Of a stretch of DNA of 64,000 nt, positions 51,225 through 57,652 are shown in pieces. Source of the stretch: Vicinamibacteria bacterium (GTDB lineage Bacteria; Acidobacteriota; Vicinamibacteria; Marinacidobacterales; Marinacidobacteraceae); the NCBI GenBank assembly GCA_965199715.1, contig OZ241322.1, positions 2,240,001 to 2,304,000 of the forward strand. Direction: 5' to 3'. Under the pieces are notes generated by a model. The model was not told the DNA's origin and did not search any database. It saw nothing but the letters and a program-made list of their open reading frames with translations. The stretch's first letter is position 1. Each line of letters begins with the position of its first letter. A program made the position numbers and the translations under genes.

Positions 51225-52102
51225 GAGGCCCTCTCTACGGCGTCTTCCATGATTTGGTCCAGATCGTCGTCGCGCAGGACACCCAATTCGAGAGCGCCCT
51301 GCAGCGCCGTCGTCCTTCTGCACAGGCGGCGAAGACCCTTGGAGGAACGCAGTTTCGTTTTCTCCGTCTTGTCTAGGAAACAGGCCAAGGCGCGCAGGAA
51401 GGAACCGCGGATGTTGTCGGACCCAAAGGTTGAGTTGCGGAACACGATCCGGTCCACGAACTTCTCCCAATAGTCCTGACTGAGGCGCACGACGGCGCGA
51501 ATCCGTGCGGCGCACTCTTCATCGCCACGACTCGCTTGCGCAACGATGCGCTCGCGCCACCACGCCCTTGCGAAAGGACAGTCCACGAAAACCGACCGAT
51601 TGCCGCGCACCTCGGGCAGCCCCCCCAAGCGTCGGAGGACAGTACGCACACACGAATCCATCAACTTGGGTGCCTGTTGGGATGAGTCGGCCAACGCGGC
51701 GTCGATGCGCTCGGCGCCGCCGGAGAGATTCCCGCCATTGCACGCCAAGTAGGCGGACTCGATCCGCCCCTCCCGGATGTGAGTCAGCGTGAGATTGGCC
51801 CAGAAAGCAGACCTTGAAGCGGCGGCCGGGGTCAGCGCGGACCACATCAAGAACAGTGCGTGCTCGGTGTCACTCGGTGGGTCCTTGTACTCGTTCTCTG
51901 TCAATGGATCCGCCGCTACTGCCGCGCGAGTGGCGCCCATCCGGGGGATCTCGGTGAAATAATCCAAGAACTTCGTCGACTCGCACGCAGCCTCCAAGAA
52001 TTCTCGCTGGGCATCCGATCCCTTCTCTCGGAGGAGTGTTCTCCGGGTCTTCGTGTAGACGGCGTCATCCAAGACCTCGAAGTCCGCCCCAGAGCCGCTC
52101 AT
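51221..52102 (-). CDS. Hypothetical protein (DUF6339-like)
   Basis: 293-aa ORF with ATGA overlap; AFWANLTL and ARAWW recall the DUF6339 'RLWW' pattern (family call tentative). Confidence 0.6.
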   Translation of the reverse strand: MSGSGADFEVLDDAVYTKTRRTLLREKGSDAQREFLEAACESTKFLDYFTEIPRMGATRAAVAADPLTENEYKDPPSDTEHALFLMWSALTPAAASRSAFWANLTLTHIREGRIESAYLACNGGNLSGGAERIDAALADSSQQAPKLMDSCVRTVLRRLGGLPEVRGNRSVFVDCPFARAWWRERIVAQASRGDEECAARIRAVVRLSQDYWEKFVDRIVFRNSTFGSDNIRGSFLRALACFLDKTEKTKLRSSKGLRRLCRRTTALQGALELGVLRDDDLDQIMEDAVERAS

Positions 52103-52974
52103 GCGCTCGCTGCGCCGTCGACTTCTGTCGTGGGCTCACTGGGAACGACCAGGGGAGTCAACTCCGTTGCGACCTTTTCTGGACGGAATCCCGAGTCACT
52201 CCAGTGCCCGAGCTTCTTCTGGCTCAGTTGATCCGCCAGCGATCGGAGGGCCGAGTGCGACTTCCATCCCATCTCTCCATCGTCATCGGCGAAGTCTCGC
52301 TGCAGCCGTGCCAGACAGGCGGTCACAATGTGGGTCAGCGTGTTGTGACGCTCGATGGCGTCGCGGCGGAAGCGCAGGAACTTGTGCATGTCGCGATCAA
52401 CCTTGACGCGAAAGCGGAACGGTTCCGTGTCCACGTCCACTTCTACATGTCCCTTCGGAGCCTCGTCATTGGTCTTCAGATGGATCAGGTGGAAGACTGA
52501 GGTCTGAAGTTGGAACACGTTGCCGACGGCAAGGCGGGACCCAGGCCTGAGCATGATGGTCCGCTTGTCCCAGATCTGATGTACGTCATGACTCGCCGCG
52601 CTGAGACTGACCGATTGATGTCGCCTACAGACGATAAGCGGCGTGAAGAGTGGTGGTTCGGCGAGCTCCGCGTCCTTCCAAGCTACGTCGTGCTGAGGAG
52701 AATCGGACACGTGTATCTTGCGGTAACCGGACGAGGGCGCTGACACGATGCATGCGAACCGAACGGAGCCTGTCTTCACAAGGTTGCCGATCAGGCCCGC
52801 GTGTTGAGTGCGGTGGGTAATTCGAAAGGACGTTCGATCCTCGCCGGCCTCGAAATCCAGCCAGTAGCGTCCGAGGGGAAACGAGGGGTTTCCCGGCTCC
52901 AGAATAGGGTGGTCGTGCGAGCGCACCGCGTTAGTGAACTGAGGTTCGACGACCGTGATTTGCGTGATCGCCAT
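52099..52974 (-). CDS. Hypothetical protein
   Basis: 291-aa ORF in operon context; beta-rich N-terminal half and helical C-terminus. Confidence 0.7.
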   Translation of the reverse strand: MAITQITVVEPQFTNAVRSHDHPILEPGNPSFPLGRYWLDFEAGEDRTSFRITHRTQHAGLIGNLVKTGSVRFACIVSAPSSGYRKIHVSDSPQHDVAWKDAELAEPPLFTPLIVCRRHQSVSLSAASHDVHQIWDKRTIMLRPGSRLAVGNVFQLQTSVFHLIHLKTNDEAPKGHVEVDVDTEPFRFRVKVDRDMHKFLRFRRDAIERHNTLTHIVTACLARLQRDFADDDGEMGWKSHSALRSLADQLSQKKLGHWSDSGFRPEKVATELTPLVVPSEPTTEVDGAASA

Positions 52975-52991
52975 CGCTACCGTTCCGAGTC

Positions 52992-54962
52992 TTAGTCGCT
53001 GGTGGATTCTGCAGTGTCCGACGGTGCGCTCTGGAACAGCTGAACCCGGAGCGATGCCCCGGCCATGCCAGCGAAGTCGCCGGCAAGGCCGTAGTCCACA
53101 TTGACGACCTTGACTTCGCCCGCACGCAGTTGGCCGATGCGGATTCCCGTCACGACTGCGCCCGTCTTCACCAAGGCGCTCTGTGTGGCCTCTTTGCCGT
53201 CGATTTGAACATTGTCCAATTCGAGCGGTGTGTACTCGTCTTGGCCGGGTCGTAGGCAGGTCGCGTCGAGCGCCTCGTCCACAACGAGGCGGAGCTCGGC
53301 GTCATTGAAATCCTTGATTGACTCGACGTGGATCGAGCGTCGCGACGATCCGAGGGGGCACGACACGACTCGAAAACATTCCGGGAGCGACGGTCTCCGG
53401 CGTTGGTCGGGATTCCGGGGAGGCGAGGATCGACTCTTGCTGGCTGTTGCTCCACTGGGTTCACCGGTCCCACGGGGGACGGGGACTTCAAACGGACGCT
53501 GTCGGTTCGGGTTCTGAGCGATCACGCTGGGGCTACCCCAGAAGTTGCTACGCGTCTTGCCACCGGTGCCTGTACCGTCCTCAGAGTCGATAGAGAGGAA
53601 GTCGTCGGCTGCGAACGCGTCTGTGCGGATTTCCTGTGTGTTGTCGCGAATCCAATCCTTGATCTCGTGAAACGCAGCGCGGCAGGCCCTGCGGTTGAGA
53701 GGAGGAAGGCGCTTGATGTGGATTGCGTCGTGCAGCGGTCCCTCCGCCAGTCGAACGAATTCGTGAAGGTCGTCGCCAGGCACGGAGTCAAGGCAGAGGA
53801 CTGCGTGGAAGGGGACCCGGTCACCGAAGTAGCTCGTAATGCCCGGGAGTCCTGAGGTGATCCACATCCCGTTCCGGCAAATGTCAATGCGTGTTCGTCC
53901 GCTTGGCCGTTCCAACAGATGGATTTCAACGTCGCCGCTGCTCGTCTTGATCGTGTCAATCGATCCGCCTCGGTGCGCTTCGTTGGCTTCGAATGCGTCA
54001 CGACCGTTCAGAAAAGCTCGCCGCTGAACGGTACTGGCGTTGCGCCGCAGAATCTCGAGCAGATTGGACTTGTCCAGAGTGCTGGAGCCGAATTCAGGGC
54101 TCGGACGCGCATCCTCGACCGTCACGATGAGATCGCCTCGAGCAATCGCAACGAAAAAATTGGCGGCGGCAGCGGCGGACACGACGCGATCAAGATCGTC
54201 ACTTCCCTTGTGCAGGAAGTGGTTGAAACCGGGGATGGTGACCGCACTCCCGTGGTCCCACGAACTGCGAATTTCCGTGAGTATGTCCTTGAAGAAATGA
54301 GGTATGTCGCGGCCAGTGGCAAAGTGGTAGGGCCGACCACCACTTCCGAATCCCTTTACTAAAAAACCGTCACCCGATCGAAGCGTGCCGCCACGGTTGA
54401 AGTGGGATGCGAGGACGGCGTGGCCGCACGCAATCCTCCGACCGCTGGACGTGACGCCGGCATACAGCAGATAACGAAGATTGGAAGCCGGGATCGCCGT
54501 TGTATGGCCGTTCCCGTAGGTGCCGGTTGCGCCCGTCCCTTTGACGCTTACGCCGTCACTGAGAAGTGCCGTGAGTCGTTTCCTGTCGAGGCCGACGCCG
54601 TTGTCGAGAACCGTGAGTACCTCGATCTCATCGCGAGCGAGCTCCTCCTTCATGCGGGCCACAACAAGCTGGGCCTGCTGCGCCAGATCGCCGCCAACCC
54701 TCCGCTGCGTTGCGACCGCGTGCCTGAGTGCCTCCTTGTACGAGGCCATTCCCGGGATCTGCGTCCGCTCGATGCGCGACAACCGAAACAGCACGTGGGC
54801 AGGAGTGCGGTCGGCCTCTCTGGCCGCATCCATGGCGTTCTGGATCAGTTCTCGAACGATCGCCGCTGGACGCAGGTCGTCGAAAGCGGCGATGCCCGCG
54901 GCAGTGAAACCGGAGATACCGTCACTCCGCCCGAATCGCAGATCCGGCGCTCCGTGCGGCAT
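52992..54962 (-). CDS. GHKL (Bergerat-fold) ATPase-like protein
   Basis: N-box RELIQNAMDA, G1 DNGVGL, G2 GTYGNG, G3 HGSAVTI; low-complexity linker and beta-rich C-terminal domain. Confidence 0.72.
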   Translation of the reverse strand: MPHGAPDLRFGRSDGISGFTAAGIAAFDDLRPAAIVRELIQNAMDAAREADRTPAHVLFRLSRIERTQIPGMASYKEALRHAVATQRRVGGDLAQQAQLVVARMKEELARDEIEVLTVLDNGVGLDRKRLTALLSDGVSVKGTGATGTYGNGHTTAIPASNLRYLLYAGVTSSGRRIACGHAVLASHFNRGGTLRSGDGFLVKGFGSGGRPYHFATGRDIPHFFKDILTEIRSSWDHGSAVTIPGFNHFLHKGSDDLDRVVSAAAAANFFVAIARGDLIVTVEDARPSPEFGSSTLDKSNLLEILRRNASTVQRRAFLNGRDAFEANEAHRGGSIDTIKTSSGDVEIHLLERPSGRTRIDICRNGMWITSGLPGITSYFGDRVPFHAVLCLDSVPGDDLHEFVRLAEGPLHDAIHIKRLPPLNRRACRAAFHEIKDWIRDNTQEIRTDAFAADDFLSIDSEDGTGTGGKTRSNFWGSPSVIAQNPNRQRPFEVPVPRGTGEPSGATASKSRSSPPRNPDQRRRPSLPECFRVVSCPLGSSRRSIHVESIKDFNDAELRLVVDEALDATCLRPGQDEYTPLELDNVQIDGKEATQSALVKTGAVVTGIRIGQLRAGEVKVVNVDYGLAGDFAGMAGASLRVQLFQSAPSDTAESTSD

Positions 54963-54968
54963 GTCGGT

Positions 54969-56120
54969 TCAGGCGGCTAGAGCGGGTGCCACGGCGGCTG
55001 CGAGGGCCGCGACCGCCTCGCTGACGTCCTCGTCCGTCGTGAAACGTCCGAGACCGATGCGGACGCCGGTCGAGGCTGCAGCCCGGTCAAGACCCAGCGC
55101 GAGCAACACGCGGGATGGCTCGAAGGTCGCCGATGCGCACGCTGATCCCGACGAGATGGCGATCCGTTCGGACACGGCGCGGATGACCTCGTCGGCATTC
55201 AGCCCCGGGAAGCCGACGTTCAGGTTTCCGGCTACGCGCTCACGCTCGTGGCCGAACAGTCGCAGGTCTGGTCTAACCGCACGGAGTTCGTTGTAGAGGC
55301 GTTTCGTCAGCGACGCGATCCGGGCCCGATCTTCCTCCTGCCGCACTAGGGCCACCTCGCACGCCCTTCCGAATCCGGCGATCAGGGCTGTGGGCACGGT
55401 GCCGCCCCGGCGGCTCCGTTCCTGGGAGCCGCCGGTGATGACCGGTCGGAGTTCGACCCCCGAGCGCACGTACAGGGCCCCCACCCCCTTGGGTCCGTAA
55501 ACCTTGTGGCTCGAGATGCTGAGGAGATCCACGCCCCACTCATCGACATCAATGGTCAGCCGACCGGCCGCCTGTGTCGCATCCGTGTGGAAGAGCGCGC
55601 CGCAGGCATGACAGAGCTCGGCGATCTCCGGGATCGGCTGCAGGACTCCGATTTCGTTGTTCACGGCCATCACCGAGACGATCAGCGTGCGCTCGTCCAG
55701 AACTGACTCAAGGCGCCCAAGATCAGCAAGCCCGTCCTTCCCGACGGGGAGAATCGCAATCTCATGGCCGTCGCTACCCAGATCCCGCACGGTCTCAAGG
55801 ACCGCCGCGTGCTCGGTGGCCAGCGTCACAATGCGATTTCGGCCACCGTTGCGTTTTCGGTTGGCGACGCCACGCAGCGCGAGGTTGCAGCTCTCCGTCG
55901 CCCCGGACGTGAACACGATCTCATCGTCGTCGGCGTTCAGAAGGCTTGCGACCTGCGCCCTGCCGAGTCGGACCGCCTGGGATGCGTTCCAGCCGAACCG
56001 ATGGCCGTGCGAATGCGGATTGCCGAACTCCTCTGCGAGGTAGGGGCACATCGCCTCCCGAACTTCAGGATCCATCGGAGTCGTCGCCTGGTAGTCCAGA
56101 TAGACGGGCCTGTGACTCAT
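54969..56120 (-). CDS. Cysteine desulfurase, IscS/DndA type
   Basis: YLDYQATTP, GNPHS, FTSGATES, NNEIG, HTDATQ, SSHKVYGPKG and catalytic SSGSAC; ATGA overlap with the upstream gene. Confidence 0.92.
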   Translation of the reverse strand: MSHRPVYLDYQATTPMDPEVREAMCPYLAEEFGNPHSHGHRFGWNASQAVRLGRAQVASLLNADDDEIVFTSGATESCNLALRGVANRKRNGGRNRIVTLATEHAAVLETVRDLGSDGHEIAILPVGKDGLADLGRLESVLDERTLIVSVMAVNNEIGVLQPIPEIAELCHACGALFHTDATQAAGRLTIDVDEWGVDLLSISSHKVYGPKGVGALYVRSGVELRPVITGGSQERSRRGGTVPTALIAGFGRACEVALVRQEEDRARIASLTKRLYNELRAVRPDLRLFGHERERVAGNLNVGFPGLNADEVIRAVSERIAISSGSACASATFEPSRVLLALGLDRAAASTGVRIGLGRFTTDEDVSEAVAALAAAVAPALAA

Positions 56121-56122
56121 TC
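56095..56122. repeat. Left arm of the inverted repeat flanking the PAPS-reductase-like gene
   Basis: Minus-strand GAATGAGTCACAGGCCCGTCTATCTGGA; matches plus-strand 57620-57645. Confidence 0.75.
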
Positions 56123-57607
56123 GGTGCAGTCGCAGGGGAGCATCGTCTCGGCGAGTGCGCCCAGCTCGCGGCCGTTGGCCACGTCGTCGTAGGAAAAGTC
56201 GTTGTTGCCGAAGAATCCGATGTGCTTCACCTTGCTTCGCGTAGCTCGCTTCTCTGCCTCGAGATCGCGCCCGTACTTCGCCTCCATTCGCTTCCACCAC
56301 GCCAAGTCACACGGCGTGCCCGAAAATGCACCGTTCCCACCTGCTCCGTTGGTCATGTGGGCGTGAACGGTCCTCAGATTCACCGCGCCCTTGAGGAAGC
56401 AGTACACGCAGTTGGACAGGCCAGAGTCATGTGGCAGCTTCAGATCCCACGTTTGGCCCTCCCAGAAGCGATTCACGTCCTCCCTGGCGACCGCCATGTC
56501 GGCGAGCGGCATATAGATGTGCTCGCCCTCATAGCCTGAAGCGGAGTCGTTGCGGCTGCTCACTCGCTGCACCCGGTGCGGCTCATCGTGGCGCAGGCCG
56601 ATGAACGCTACGTACTGGGCGCCGCCTTTGCCGAACCGAGCCTTGCCGCCGAAGGTCTTGCCCTTGAGATGTTCGTTCTCGAACGGCGTCCAATCGGGCC
56701 AGTAGTCCTCGAATCGTTGCTCAGGTCGAAAGTGAGGCCTCTCCCAAGCGAACCGACGCTTCTCAAGGAAGATTTCCCTGGGCACGCCGCCCTGGTTCTT
56801 CAGGTGCCGCCGGTAGGCCGCGTCCGGGTTCATGCGTGGCCTGCGTCCAAAGTGACCCATGCGCGGAATTCCGGGCTTCCCGGAGAACCAATCCCGAAGA
56901 AAGGCGCGAGTCACTTCCAGCTTGAGGTGTCGCGTGCAGATTCGCTGGAACTGATTCGGGACGTAGCCTGACCACGACAGTAGTTCCTCAAACACCTCGC
57001 CTTGCCAGTGGAACCCATTCGGGTTGGACGCCGACCGGGGGTTCTCGTTCACAAGGCGGTAAGTCGGAAGACGTGTCCATTCCCCCTGCCGGGCGTCCTC
57101 GTAGGTTTGGAATTCGATCTGAAAGAACGGGATTCCGTAGCGGTGCGCGGCGCGGATGCAGTCCCCTACGAACTCGTAAGTGCCCGGGTGCTCCGCGGCC
57201 GTGTTGTTGAAGACGATCACGTCGCCCCGGTCCTGCCGCAGGAGTCCGTTGTGGAGAAGCGTGAAGAGAAGCATCCCGCTGGAACGGCCGCCGGAAAACT
57301 TCACGACGTGCGGCAGCGAGCTGTGCTTTCTGGACCGGTACCGGAAGAGATGCGCACGGTTCGGGTCGTGCGTGGCAGGGGAGCGGGCGATCCTCGTTGA
57401 GGGCGACAGCGACGGGATGCCGCAAACCTCAAAGCTCGGGGCCGATTGTGGGCCCGGTCGGGTGGCAGCCGGTTCGCTGGTCACCGGCGGCTGCGCCGAG
57501 GTGATCGGAAGCTCCCATGCCGTGTTCGCACCGATGACGGTTGAACCCTGAGAGCCGTCCGAACGTCGGCTCGCCTGCGACGCGGTGACCATGCCCAATT
57601 GTGGCAT
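56117..57607 (-). CDS. PAPS-reductase-family PP-loop protein (DndC-like fold, NinC-like subtype)
   Basis: VKFSGGRSS, FNNTAAE, RICT..LK, IGLRHDE..R, SNCVYCFLKG and terminal CDCTE. Start at 57607 or 57592. Confidence 0.82.
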   Translation of the reverse strand: MPQLGMVTASQASRRSDGSQGSTVIGANTAWELPITSAQPPVTSEPAATRPGPQSAPSFEVCGIPSLSPSTRIARSPATHDPNRAHLFRYRSRKHSSLPHVVKFSGGRSSGMLLFTLLHNGLLRQDRGDVIVFNNTAAEHPGTYEFVGDCIRAAHRYGIPFFQIEFQTYEDARQGEWTRLPTYRLVNENPRSASNPNGFHWQGEVFEELLSWSGYVPNQFQRICTRHLKLEVTRAFLRDWFSGKPGIPRMGHFGRRPRMNPDAAYRRHLKNQGGVPREIFLEKRRFAWERPHFRPEQRFEDYWPDWTPFENEHLKGKTFGGKARFGKGGAQYVAFIGLRHDEPHRVQRVSSRNDSASGYEGEHIYMPLADMAVAREDVNRFWEGQTWDLKLPHDSGLSNCVYCFLKGAVNLRTVHAHMTNGAGGNGAFSGTPCDLAWWKRMEAKYGRDLEAEKRATRSKVKHIGFFGNNDFSYDDVANGRELGALAETMLPCDCTE

Positions 57608-57619
57608 GTGCGGGTGTCA

Positions 57620-57645
57620 GAATGAGTCACAGCCGTCTCTCTGAA
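57620..57645. repeat. Right arm of the inverted repeat flanking the PAPS-reductase-like gene
   Basis: Plus-strand GAATGAGTCACAGCCGTCTCTCTGAA; 13-bp perfect core shared with 56110-56122. Confidence 0.75.
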
Positions 57646-57652
57646 TCAGCCC

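Larger units (their letters stand above)
40840..57650. mobile_element. Defence island (no integrase visible), inserted between addA and a penicillin-acylase-family gene
   Basis: Visibly more A/T and less C/G third-position bias than the flanks, especially 42600-57650. Gene content is all defence or DNA-modification type. Boundaries approximate. Confidence 0.65.

Noticed and set aside
43136-57607. Calling the island a canonical dndABCDE locus
   Set aside because: There is no DndB, the PP-loop protein has atypical motifs, and the ATPase sits in a helicase-small protein-ATPase-small protein block far from it.
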